DNA of 55,115 nucleotides from a virus (taxonomy: Duplodnaviria > Caudoviricetes), in the IMG/VR virus record IMGVR_UViG_3300021406_000003, positions 1 to 55,115 of that record. One strand, 5' to 3'. The notes below the pieces were generated by a model. That model did not search any database and had not been told where the DNA came from. It was given only the letters and a program-made list of their open reading frames with translations. How positions within the stretch are numbered: the stretch's first letter is position 1; each line of letters begins with the position of its first letter. Below are positions 26,896 to 36,800 of this stretch, piece by piece. A program made the position numbers and the translations under genes.

Positions 26896-27112
26896 GAGGT
26901 CCTTTCTCGACTTCGAGGATGGCTTCGTATATACTGTCGGCCAAGGTTTTAGGGCCGTCTAAGTTGTTCGGCGGAAACGCGAAGTAATGGTCATTGATGC
27001 ACACCAGCACGCCGGTTCTTGTAAGATCGACTCCGTCGACGATCTTCGCCGCCCCGCAATCGCGAATCTGCTCGAACTGATCGCAGCGTAATGTGTCAGG
27101 AGGTCGAGGCAT
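26807..27112 (-). CDS. Hypothetical protein
   Basis: In operon, GGAG SD. Confidence 0.5.
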   Translation of the reverse strand: MPRPPDTLRCDQFEQIRDCGAAKIVDGVDLTRTGVLVCINDHYFAFPPNNLDGPKTLADSIYEAILEVEKGPHGTAVSPATADAAGGKPVRTAEANSERKR

Positions 27113-27368
27113 GTTTTTGGAGCTCCTCTAGCCGCATGATGGACGTGAAAATCTCTTCCGCAAAGGCTTTGAGGTTTGCGATATCATGCCGGAAAACGAA
27201 ATGCACGCCGTCGAGTTTAACCAAAAACGCCCATTCGCCGGTTTGCTTGTTTTCTAGCAAGCCACACGCGACTGCATCGACTTCGTGGAAATACGCACTT
27301 TTCTCACTGGCGGTATATACCTCTTTGGCCGCGCTCATGGCCTCCCGAAGTATTTCCTTAGCGCTCAT
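27096..27368 (-). CDS. Hypothetical protein
   Basis: ATGA coupling. Confidence 0.6.
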   Translation of the reverse strand: MSAKEILREAMSAAKEVYTASEKSAYFHEVDAVACGLLENKQTGEWAFLVKLDGVHFVFRHDIANLKAFAEEIFTSIMRLEELQKHASTS

Positions 27369-28267
27369 TTCTTCACCGCCTTGAGGCGCATGACGCGCGA
27401 CTCGTACGGTTCCACGACGTAGCCTTTGTTGTGCTGGGTTTTCCAGGTGAGAAGCTCTTTGCCATTGTACGTCAAAACCGAGGAAGGCCCAAGAAATTCC
27501 CCGATCTCCCCTTGCAATGTCTCGACCTCCGTGTTGATGTCCTTCGCTTGCGCCTTGAGTTCGCGAAGCCGCTCAACCCGCTCGGCTAAATGTGCGTCAG
27601 CCTCCAGAAAGGATTCATAGCTCGTGGGGAACTTCTTTCGAGCATCCTCTATGTCAATCGCAGCGGGTGGAATCTTCTTGAGGACATTTTGTGTCCAAAA
27701 AGCAACCGCGATAGAGACGACGCGTTCGATAATTTCCGGCTGCGGTTCTACGATGTATACCCTGGCGGAATTTCCCCCGATGCAGGCCGCTAGATACCAG
27801 CGTTCAAACGATGTACACGCGAGGTAGCTCATGCACTGCAAAAAGTGTCGCGGCGGAACGCGATCGTCGCCGGCTTCAGCTCCCCACTTCTCCGTATCGA
27901 GAGCCGCAAAGCGATCCACATTCTTACATTCGAGGCCCGCAGACTCATCGACCACGCGCCCGTCGATGTTCGCCCGTATGAATGGATACTGCGGGTGAGA
28001 AATCGGTTCAGGAACGGTAACGACTTGCTTCCCAGTCTTATCGCTGAACCATTGCCTCAAAACTGGCTCAAGTCTATTTCCAAAATCTATCCTCTCCTCC
28101 GCGCTCAAGTCTTCCGGCTCGCAAAGCTGGAGCTTCTCCTGGTAGAGCTGGAAAGGCGTGCGATATCCGCGTAAACCTATCTTCGCTAAGGCTAGATCAG
28201 CGATATCCGTACCTCCGAGATACTCATGGCGAGTGCGTAAGAACTCTTCTCGCTCAGTCTTGTTCAC
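27365..28267 (-). CDS. YqaJ/lambda-exonuclease family recombination nuclease
   Basis: R..YLGGTD, GNRLE, ANIDG, LECK, Q...Y. Confidence 0.92.
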   Translation of the reverse strand: MNKTEREEFLRTRHEYLGGTDIADLALAKIGLRGYRTPFQLYQEKLQLCEPEDLSAEERIDFGNRLEPVLRQWFSDKTGKQVVTVPEPISHPQYPFIRANIDGRVVDESAGLECKNVDRFAALDTEKWGAEAGDDRVPPRHFLQCMSYLACTSFERWYLAACIGGNSARVYIVEPQPEIIERVVSIAVAFWTQNVLKKIPPAAIDIEDARKKFPTSYESFLEADAHLAERVERLRELKAQAKDINTEVETLQGEIGEFLGPSSVLTYNGKELLTWKTQHNKGYVVEPYESRVMRLKAVKK

Positions 28268-28573
28268 GGTGCGCTCCTCTTGCAGGACAAGCGCGAAGGG
28301 CAGGAAATACCCACTCCGAACCTGGGCGTAATGACCCCACCCCCCTCTCGTCTCGTCTTCTACGCGAACTTCTGGCGGACGATTGAGTTTTCAATGAGCA
28401 GGTTATCGACGAGAGTCGGAGCCTTGCGGCCCTAGCGGGGTCGGCACGTTGGATGATGCCGAACCTCCTCAACCTCTTCCCTGCCGGCATATCGGAGGAT
28501 TTCCGTTCGCCGTGCGAAACACGAGCGGACAGGAAAGAAGCTTTTGGTGGTGTGAGTACCCGGAAGCTTCTTT

Positions 28574-28741
28574 TCATCTTTCAGTCCCCCTCTCGGTCTT
28601 TGGTTGGTCCGAGTTCTTTTTTTTTGCCTGAGCTTCGTCGCCCAGGGAGCGCTCTAGCTCGAAGTCATCCTCGAAGTCCGTTCCTGAATAGGAAGGGCGA
28701 TCGGTTCGCTCGCGATCGAGCTGTGAACGGAAACTGCTCAT
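28574..28741 (-). CDS. Hypothetical protein (55 aa)
   Basis: GAGGAG SD. Confidence 0.55.
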   Translation of the reverse strand: MSSFRSQLDRERTDRPSYSGTDFEDDFELERSLGDEAQAKKKNSDQPKTERGTER

Positions 28742-28853
28742 GAAGTACTCTCCTCTTGGTCGTAAGAATCTAGCGCACGTAAAGCGCGAGCGATGAATGG
28801 CGGAACATACTCCTCATCAGGGGGCGATTCCGGGAATCCCCAATTCGCGTCTC

Positions 28854-30162
28854 TCATTGGGAGTTGAGCCGCTCGTGGATATGGTCGGAGAACGCCGCGA
28901 GAATCACGGATGCTATGTCAGCCCGGCGCGCTGCTTCCTGGTCGTCGCCCCCGGCGTACACGACAGATGCGAGGGATTGCCCGATCTCGTAAGACCCAAT
29001 GCCCATCGCGTGTAGCCTGGTTTTAGAAAGGCGCTCTATGAAGAACGCGTGCATCTCAGCTCTATTCATTGTGAACCTCGTAGCTGCGCCTCGAGCTGAC
29101 GCACCATGTCTTCCTCGTGCTTGAGCAGCGCCTTGAGAACCGCGATATCTTCAAGAAGCGCGAATATATCTTCCCTCATTTGCGCGCTATCGGGTGGCTT
29201 CGCGTACGAAAAGCTGCACGCGCGCGTACGGATGGCGTTGAGGTCCGCTCGCAGGTTAGCGCTCACTTCACGGCCTCCTTGAGCGTGGCCCCGATTGCAG
29301 AGCTAATCGCACGCGGGGCAACGGGTTCCGCGTTGACAAGCGCCGCATACGCTTCCGGCCATTCATCAGAAAGATGCTGCATGAACGCCTCGGCTAACCG
29401 ATCTGAGGTGAAGTGGGACACGGGGGCATGTAGCCTCTCTTCGAGCCGTAGCGCACGGGTGATGAGGTTGCAATTCTCCATTACAAACGTATCTCGCTGC
29501 TCGAGGTCGCCTTCATCAAGCAGAACCTCGAACTCCTTAGACTTACTCATGTCTTCCCCTTCGCGAGCTTCTCGATGCGCCGCTGCGATGCCTTAGCGTG
29601 ATCGTGGCCCGACTGAAACGCCGTAGCGAGAAGCTCCTGGAAGACGGGACCCATTTCTGAATTGATATTTTCAGAAGATAGATGCGAGACCATCGCCGCA
29701 GCATATGCCTTCGCGTCGGCAGAAAGCCTCATGCGCCCACAGCCTTCCCCAGATCATGAAAGCAGTCGCTGAGATTACCAGTTAGCTCTTTAATGGCTTC
29801 CGTCTGCGCGTCCATCGCTTCGATAACCGCGCATAAAGCGATACCGCTTTCCTTGGTCGTCTGATTGTCCTCACACTTGGCCCATTCGCGAACCATTGCG
29901 CGGAAGGGGCGTTCTGCGTCGTCGCTCATGCGGTGCTCTTCCAGTTGCCGATCGCGAAAACAAGCGCCTTGAAGGCGTGCTCCGCCGCGCCTCGATCGAA
30001 GGGGTCAAACGAGATAACGTGCTCGAGCGTCTCGAGGCGAGCGCGCACATCTTCCTCCTGCTTACGCCGCTCTTCCGCAACACTAGGGGGAACGGGGATT
30101 TCAGCGACACGCGCAAGATAGGCGCGGCGCTCAAGGGTCTCTGATTCCATTGTCATTGCCAC
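28854..30162 (-). CDS. Run of six small coupled hypothetical ORFs (28854-29069, 29066-29266, 29263-29550, 29547-29732, 29729-29929, 29926-30162)
   Basis: Consecutive 4-nt start/stop overlaps. Confidence 0.7.
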
Positions 30163-30167
30163 CTGTT

Positions 30168-30386
30168 CTAGCGCGAGTTCTTCATGATCTTCTGTTTATG
30201 AGCCGGGAATGCGCGGGCGAGGCGCTCCAAGCTATCTTGAGACAATCCGCGCTCGCAGCTCATGAACCGGGAAAGCTGCGAGACGTGTATGCCGGTGCGC
30301 CGGGTAATCTCGGCTAAACTATCAATTCCCTCAGCCAGCATGATGTGCCGGAGCGCGGCAGGCAGAAGCCTCGGCGGTCTGTTCAT
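30168..30386 (-). CDS. Cro/XRE-like HTH regulator
   Basis: SLAEITRRTGIHVSQLSRFMSCERGLSQDSLERLA. Confidence 0.85.
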   Translation of the reverse strand: MNRPPRLLPAALRHIMLAEGIDSLAEITRRTGIHVSQLSRFMSCERGLSQDSLERLARAFPAHKQKIMKNSR

Positions 30387-30423
30387 GTCAACATTATTGA
30401 CATTATTGACACCGCTGTCAATA
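30385..30423 (-). promoter_or_regulatory. Early promoter with overlapping palindromic operators
   Basis: TTGACA-17-AATAAT-6-ATG; ATGTCAA-5-TTGACAT and TATTGACA-4-TGTCAATA. Confidence 0.75.
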
Positions 30424-30432
30424 CCCCAGGCC

Positions 30433-30466
30433 AAAGAAAAGCCGCTCCCCCCGTTGAGAGAGCGGC
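30433..30466 (-). terminator. Intrinsic terminator of the structural operon
   Basis: GCCGCTCTC/GGGAGCGGC hairpin followed by TTTTCTTT. Confidence 0.75.
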
Positions 30467-30501
30467 GCTTGCTGACTTCTAAGACCTCTATGACCTCGCC
30501 C

Positions 30502-30723
30502 CTACCTACGGGAGGCGCGCTTGGACTTCCTCTTGTGGCGGCGCTTCGATTTCCGCTTGCCTTTGCGACCTTCTCCAGTTTCCTTGAAGGCGATCGCAAT
30601 TTCTTGGGCCCGCGTGCGATCCTTGTGATGAGGCCCGAGGCGTAAATCATGAAGGGTGGCCCTAAAGCGTTTCTTCTTACGCGCCTTTGAAGCTCCTCGA
30701 GGCAACGGTTTAGGAAGCGGCAT
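30502..30723 (-). CDS. Highly basic small protein
   Basis: K/R-rich; QEIAIA motif; AGGAGG SD. Confidence 0.75.
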   Translation of the reverse strand: MPLPKPLPRGASKARKKKRFRATLHDLRLGPHHKDRTRAQEIAIAFKETGEGRKGKRKSKRRHKRKSKRASRR

Positions 30724-30733
30724 GATCTCCCTC

Positions 30734-31435
30734 CTACGTCTGGAGCCAGCTCATGAGCGTGAAGGCCAAAAAGCTCACATTATAGGCGTTTACGGCGAAA
30801 GCAACCTTCGTGGGTGTGATGAAGGACCCCACGGCCTCGGAATATATTTGGTTGAAATTCACGCCGTCCGTGCCGTACAAGAATTTCAGGTTCGCCCCAT
30901 CGTTGGTGACGCGAAGCCACAAAAGGTTGGTAGGGATAATCTGCTGAGACGTTGCCCCGGCTGAGAATGTCGTGACGTTTGTGTACTGGTCGACGTTGCA
31001 ACGCATGATGAGCGCGGACTGATCGTAGTAGATGTCGAGGAACTCGACTTTCGTGCCATCGTAAAGAGCGATGCCCCCTGTCCCAACGCCGGAGCGAGAC
31101 GCAGAGGACACGAGCGCCGTGTACGTATAGGGGGTCGCGGGAGGCGTCTGCGTGAGCATCGCAATGGCGTTATTTGAGGTATTGTTCGCCGACGTGACAT
31201 AGATGCCGACCGAAGAATCCGCTCCCGTGACGATGCCCTGGTTGACCCAGGTGAATTGCGAGAGCGTCGGCTTGGTGATTATGCCGGAATACAGCCCACC
31301 AGCGCTCGGCGTCTGCCAGGAGAAAGGCTTGCCTGCCGATGTCGTCTCGGTGAGTACCTTGCCAGCACCCTGCGTCGTCTGATCGACATCGCTCAGATTG
31401 GCGGCGGAGGGGTTGAACGGGGCGGAAACGGGCAT
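30734..31435 (-). CDS. Tail fibre/receptor-binding-like protein
   Basis: Beta-rich C-terminal domain; N-terminus shared with next gene. Confidence 0.65.
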   Translation of the reverse strand: MPVSAPFNPSAANLSDVDQTTQGAGKVLTETTSAGKPFSWQTPSAGGLYSGIITKPTLSQFTWVNQGIVTGADSSVGIYVTSANNTSNNAIAMLTQTPPATPYTYTALVSSASRSGVGTGGIALYDGTKVEFLDIYYDQSALIMRCNVDQYTNVTTFSAGATSQQIIPTNLLWLRVTNDGANLKFLYGTDGVNFNQIYSEAVGSFITPTKVAFAVNAYNVSFLAFTLMSWLQT

Positions 31436-31451
31436 GATCTACCTCCTCGAC

Positions 31452-31937
31452 CTATGCAGCCTGGTAAACGCCGGAGATACTGAGTCTCCCGGTCGACAGA
31501 GTGACATTAGCGTTGCCGCCTCCCCCCGCGTTCGTAAATCCCGGAAAGGTGATAGAGCTCCCGTTCGCTTCCGCTCCAAGCAGTGTCGCGGTAGAGTTGC
31601 GCCCTATCGCCAAAGCGCATCTCTTGGCTATGCACGTAACAGGGAGAGAAATCTGCGCCGCGCTTCCGTCCACAGTCACTGGGTAGGTGACATCAAGCTC
31701 GATATATACTAGCTTCCCTATCTGATACACAGAAGAGCTGTTGATCGTGAGCGCGAGAGACGCGCCGCTCACGTCGGCTGGCGTCCATGCCGGAGTCGTC
31801 GCTGCAAGAGGTGTCTGCCACGAGAACGCTTTGCCGCCGCTCGTGGTGTTCGTGAGGACTTTGCCCGCTGCCTGAGTGGTTTGATCGACATCGGTAAGCC
31901 CGGCGGCGGTGCCGCTGTACGGTGAGGTTATTGGCAT
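31452..31937 (-). CDS. Tail fibre-like protein
   Basis: WTP...YQIGKLVYI...ISLP fibre C-terminal pattern. Confidence 0.7.
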   Translation of the reverse strand: MPITSPYSGTAAGLTDVDQTTQAAGKVLTNTTSGGKAFSWQTPLAATTPAWTPADVSGASLALTINSSSVYQIGKLVYIELDVTYPVTVDGSAAQISLPVTCIAKRCALAIGRNSTATLLGAEANGSSITFPGFTNAGGGGNANVTLSTGRLSISGVYQAA

Positions 31938-31938
31938 G

Positions 31939-32970
31939 CTAGGTTAGCTCACTTATCCGAGCGTTCCCGTTTGCAGAAGCCCAGATCCCTGAGATTGCAC
32001 CTTGATACACGGGTAGTGCGCCCTCCAAAGTGCCCTGGGATTGCACCTGATACGAATACGCTGACGTAGATGCCGTGGCAGCGAAAGCAACGTACAGAAG
32101 TTGTGTCGAGTCGTTGAAGATGATGAAGCCCTTACGCGCGGTGTTCAGCGCCAAGAGCGAAACCGTTGTCGCGGAAGACGCAACGCTCGTAAGCGTGGCC
32201 GTGCTAGAAGCGGAAAGCGACGTATCGGCTTTCAGCGCTTTGTTTGCCGTAACGGTCGCGGCGGTGGTGCCTGATTCGTCCTGAATGCGGGCGTAGGCCG
32301 GGTTCGCCGTCGCGCCACCGGGGGAGGCCGTCGTGACCTGAACCGCGTTAGTCGTGCCCGGAGTCGTCTGATCTATGCCGGTCTTCCCGATGATGTTCGT
32401 ACCGGCAGGCAGCGCCGCGTTTACTTGAACGCCATTCGTGGTCCCCGGCGTGGTTTGGTCGATCCCGACCTTGCCGATAATCGCCGAACCGGCTGCCACG
32501 GTCGTCGGCACCGCAGACTGATTGCTCGCGATCGCCACCGGAATCGACGCAGCCATCGCCGCTTGCCCGAGGGAGACGTTCGTCCCACCGACCTGCGTGA
32601 GGTTGACGTTGGAGGTCGCGCCACCACCGCCGGCAAGCGCAAGGGCCTCCGAGGCCGCGATGTTCCCGCTTATGGTCCCCGAGGTGATCGCCGTAAGGTT
32701 GTATCGAAGCGCGGTCAGTCCTAAGCCCGCAATGTTCCCAACGTACGTCCCGGCAGCCGAAATGCTGCCTCCGCCAACCGTCGTCGCCGTTACCCACGTT
32801 GCTGCGCCCGCTTGAATGGCGGCATCGCTATCGCTGGTAACTTGCGGCACCATCGTAAACCCGCCGCCGCTATTGTTTACGACGATGGAAGCGGTGCTTT
32901 GGTCGCTAAGAAGGATAGCTGGCCCAGGGCCAACGGTTGATTGACTAAAGGACTGGCTTACTCGCGACAT
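31939..32970 (-). CDS. Virion structural protein
   Basis: Repeated IIGK.GIDQTTPGTTN.VQV; C-terminal RKGFIIFNDS...G.IS.IW domain. Confidence 0.7.
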   Translation of the reverse strand: MSRVSQSFSQSTVGPGPAILLSDQSTASIVVNNSGGGFTMVPQVTSDSDAAIQAGAATWVTATTVGGGSISAAGTYVGNIAGLGLTALRYNLTAITSGTISGNIAASEALALAGGGGATSNVNLTQVGGTNVSLGQAAMAASIPVAIASNQSAVPTTVAAGSAIIGKVGIDQTTPGTTNGVQVNAALPAGTNIIGKTGIDQTTPGTTNAVQVTTASPGGATANPAYARIQDESGTTAATVTANKALKADTSLSASSTATLTSVASSATTVSLLALNTARKGFIIFNDSTQLLYVAFAATASTSAYSYQVQSQGTLEGALPVYQGAISGIWASANGNARISELT

Positions 32971-32973
32971 CGC

Positions 32974-33123
32974 TTAGGGCGTCGCTTCAGGCTTCGGAGC
33001 GCTTGCGGTCGAGGGAGGCGGGATTCTGCCGCGATTCTCCAGCTCGAGAATGATATAAGGCGCAAGCCGGGCGGCGAGTGCCTCGAGCTCGTGCTCAAGC
33101 AATGCGAGAAGGGGATTGGGCAT
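32974..33123 (-). CDS. Hypothetical protein (49 aa)
   Basis: AGGAGG SD. Confidence 0.55.
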   Translation of the reverse strand: MPNPLLALLEHELEALAARLAPYIILELENRGRIPPPSTASAPKPEATP

Positions 33124-33185
33124 CAAGACCTCCTAGCCTTATGCTACTAGCCCCCTCTCACTGAGTTCACTAACGCTACATACTA

Positions 33186-33617
33186 CTACTGCGCTCCAAG
33201 GTGTACATGATCTTCGGGGCCATCCTCGAAACACGTAACGCCCGCAGCCAGCCGATTCATGCCTGTGTCAGCCGTGCCTCCAAGCCCGATCTGATGGATC
33301 CATGCGGCCCCGGCAGCAATCGTGAGGAAAAGCTGGAAGCTGTGATCGGTTGGGTCCATCCAGTCTCCCGGCGTCGACGATCGGAGGGGCCACACGTCAG
33401 CGCAATAGCCGTTCGCGTGGCAATGCTCTCCCAAGGCGGAATCGTCACGGTGATCGGAGCGAACCGCCGTGATCTCGAGCGTGAAATGTCGGGACACCTC
33501 GAGCAACAATGCGATGAGGGAAGTCTCTGTTCTGTGGATGTCGAGGAGGTCTTCTCGCTGCGATTCTTTTTGGAAGATGAGCCGGGAAACAAGGTTTTGG
33601 CGGGCTTGCAAACTCAT
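33186..33617 (-). CDS. Endolysin, M15/Hedgehog-like Zn peptidase
   Basis: R...H-x6-D (HANGYCAD)...HVH. Confidence 0.7.
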   Translation of the reverse strand: MSLQARQNLVSRLIFQKESQREDLLDIHRTETSLIALLLEVSRHFTLEITAVRSDHRDDSALGEHCHANGYCADVWPLRSSTPGDWMDPTDHSFQLFLTIAAGAAWIHQIGLGGTADTGMNRLAAGVTCFEDGPEDHVHLGAQ

Positions 33618-33624
33618 GAATCGC

Positions 33625-33807
33625 TCACTTTATCACCCGCAACGCGAGTTCCCACAGCGCAGCGAAAAGTCCAAGAAGCGCGGAAGCCATCGTCCCCAAA
33701 ACCCACTTTTTGAGGTCTCCGATGTCTGACCGAAGAAGTTCAAAGTCTTTACGCGTGTCTTTTTCAGCTTGTTCGACAACGGCAACACGCTCTCTCAGCT
33801 CCATCAT
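33625..33807 (-). CDS. XhlA-like holin
   Basis: Coiled coil plus one C-terminal TM helix; adjacent to endolysin. Confidence 0.6.
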   Translation of the reverse strand: MMELRERVAVVEQAEKDTRKDFELLRSDIGDLKKWVLGTMASALLGLFAALWELALRVIK

Positions 33808-33808
33808 C

Positions 33809-36800
33809 TCAAGGTCTGCTCCAATCTATGCCGCCGTTTTGCTCTAAAATGGGCGGCGCGAGCGGCTTGATATAGCCCTCCGATTGGAGGATACGGATAC
33901 GCTCGGCGTGCGGGATGCCAAGTTTGATGAGCTGCCTCTCGCGCTGCTTACGCTGCTGGTCCGGGAAATAGATGCCCAGGAGGCCGGCGGCACCGCTTAG
34001 AGCGTTAGGCGCGTTCGTAGGAAACGGGAAATGCGTGAAGCCTCCGAGCGCACTTCCGCCTGGGAAGAGACGTTGTCCCTCTTGCGCGGCGAAGTCCATG
34101 ATGCGCCCGCTCTGTTTTGCCAGAAGCGCTCCCGGCACGATTCCAACCACGCCCGAACTCGAGGGTGACGCGACGTACTTCAGCGGATCGGCTACAAGCT
34201 CGCCGTAATCTTCGAGGGGTGCCGCTATGTTCAATCCCGTCTTCATCGTCGGATCGGTGACGTCATCGGAGATAACCTGATTAGCGCGAGCATAGAGCTT
34301 GGCGCTACCGGGCTGCTCACGAATCGCTTTGGTCATCGCTTGGGGAACGATGCCTAGCCTCCATGCCGGGAACGCCGCTCCGGCGCGATCGCGAAGCTCT
34401 CGAATCAGAGGAGCCTGATTGTGATAGTCGCCCAGAATATCGCGGACCTGGCCGGCCATCTGAAAGCCCGTCATGCCCTGTTGCTTGAGCGTGTCCGCGA
34501 GCGAGACGCGCATCGCAAGATCATAATCGTCGAGAGCCTCACTGCTCCACTGGCCGACCCACCCCCAAGGTGCTTGATGTGCGGGGTCGCGGAAGTACAG
34601 TGTCGTCGCGCCGGTGTTCACGAGTTCCTGAATCTTGGGCTCGAGTGCCGATGGCGTCTTAGCGCGCCTAGCCTCTCGAAGCTGCCGGTAATATCCCCAC
34701 CCACGCTTTACCGTAGGCCAGCCATTCGGCCCCAGAAGAGCTAGAAGCGTGACGTTTTTCATGTGCGCGAAGGGGAGAATAAACAAAGCCTCGCGCTGAA
34801 GGTCGGTGAAGAGGCTGAACATCGACTTGCGGTATTCCGGCTTATCGGCGAAGAGGCGCTCCTGAAGCGCTTCCGGCATCTCGACGCGGTTCATCCGGTC
34901 GGCCAGCTCTTGAGCGTACGAGACGACTTCCTTATCGGCCGCTTTGGCGGCTTCCGCGGATTCGAGCTTGTTAGCCGTCTGCTGCGTGGATTTGATGACC
35001 TTCGCGAGAGATGCTTTTCCCTCGGCAGCTGCGTGCTGCGAAGGGTTGAGAATGTGCTTGAAAGAAGCCGCGCCAACTTGTGGGGCGCTGGCTTCTGTGA
35101 GGGCTCCGGCGAGCCTGTCTTGTCCGCGCACCACACTCTTGATGCCGCCTTTGATCTCTTTGGGGATCGGAGGCGTCTTCTTGAGCTGGCCTTGGACGTA
35201 TCCGAGCGAAGATCGGAAGGTGTCGCCCATCTCTTTGATATTCTGAGCGATATTTGCAGGTGATCTTTCAGCCATTGGAACGTCGTAGCGCTTCGCGACT
35301 TCCTCGACATTCTGACGCGCGGCGCCGATCGTATTCATCGCTTCATCGAGCATCTTGACGGCTTCCCGCTCGGGGAATTTCTCGTTGTGTTTAAGCTTGA
35401 GCGCCTTTTTCATGGCCTTTTGGACGTCGCTCACTTCCTCCATGGAGTACGAAATATCGCCGATCGACCCGCCGCCCTTGACGTTCGTGGGCAGATCATA
35501 GTGGCCCGGCAGGTCTTCGGAAACGACAGTGAGGCTCGTGCCGGAGGGATGATCGAGGCGATGCGCGGCGATGCGGTGGAGCAGATCATCGACACTCTTT
35601 CCATGACCGCTCTTGTATGCAGTCCCCGCGATGCGCTTCGCAGCGAGATAGGCGGCTTGGAGCTGGCGTACGTCGTCACGCAGCTTGGGAATGTCCGAGC
35701 GATACCCGGCACGCACGAGCTGATGGTTCTCAAGCGCGTTCCCGAGTTTGGAAGTACGTTCACCCTGCTTCTCAAGCGCTTCCGTGATCTTGAAAAACCG
35801 GCTGAATTGCTGCTCTGCCTGCTGCGCTGCTGCCTCTTCGGTAGCTTTCTGCGTGTTCTGCGCTGATTGCCGCATGAGTTCGGAGAGGCGCTCGACGTTG
35901 GTGACGGTTTTCTTGCCTCCTTGGAACCTCGTCTTGAGGGCAGTCGTGTTCAGGCGATGCGCGCCGGTCGGCGGCTTCACCGGAACGCCAAAACCATGTT
36001 CTTCGATGTTGAGTTCGCGCGCTGCGCGTCGGAGTGCCGTCGCCTTGGGGCGGTTCTCCATGAAGGGCTCAAGAAATTCGAGAGTCTCTCCCTTTTGGGG
36101 AGTCTTTTTGAGCGTTTGCTCGCGAAGCGCGGCGGCGCGCTCCTCAGATTGCTCTTGGAGCTTTTGAAGCGCTCCGTAGCGTAGCGTCCTCTTCTCGTTC
36201 TGCCCTATGCGTCCGACAAGCGCAGCGATGAGGCGAGGGTCGCCCGTTTGAAGCGCGGGCTCTAGAAGCGGAAGCGCTTCATTTCGCTCGCTGGCGGCTT
36301 GTTCAAGTCGCTCTCCGGTGCGCCCGATATCTGGAGGTGGCAGTGAGCCCGTATCGCGCAAGATATCATGCCGCGGTCGGTAGTATTCTTCGATGCGAAC
36401 ACCACGCGCAAAGCGATCGCGAAGACGATCAGCCAACGGCATATTGGGATCAAGATTCTTACCCGGAAGATCGAACTTGGCTTTCTTCTTGCCTTGAGAT
36501 AGGTAGTAAATCGGCCCCTTCGATTGCGCGATACGATTGAACTCATCGGACTTATCAACTGGATAGATGTCGTGTGTCGGCTCGTAGGCTTCGCGGAATT
36601 GGTGAAGGACGTTGAGCACGGGAAGATTACGCTCTTCTTGCGTTGGAACGTATCCCTTAGAAAGAGCGAGGGCGCGCACGCGAGGCGTTCCCTCGTGGTA
36701 CGCCCGCTGAAGCGTTGCTTGACGGATTTCCGGAGGGAATGCCTGGTCATGTGCTTTGAGCTGTTGCTCAAGAACGGCGCGATCGGCATCGAGTTTCTCA

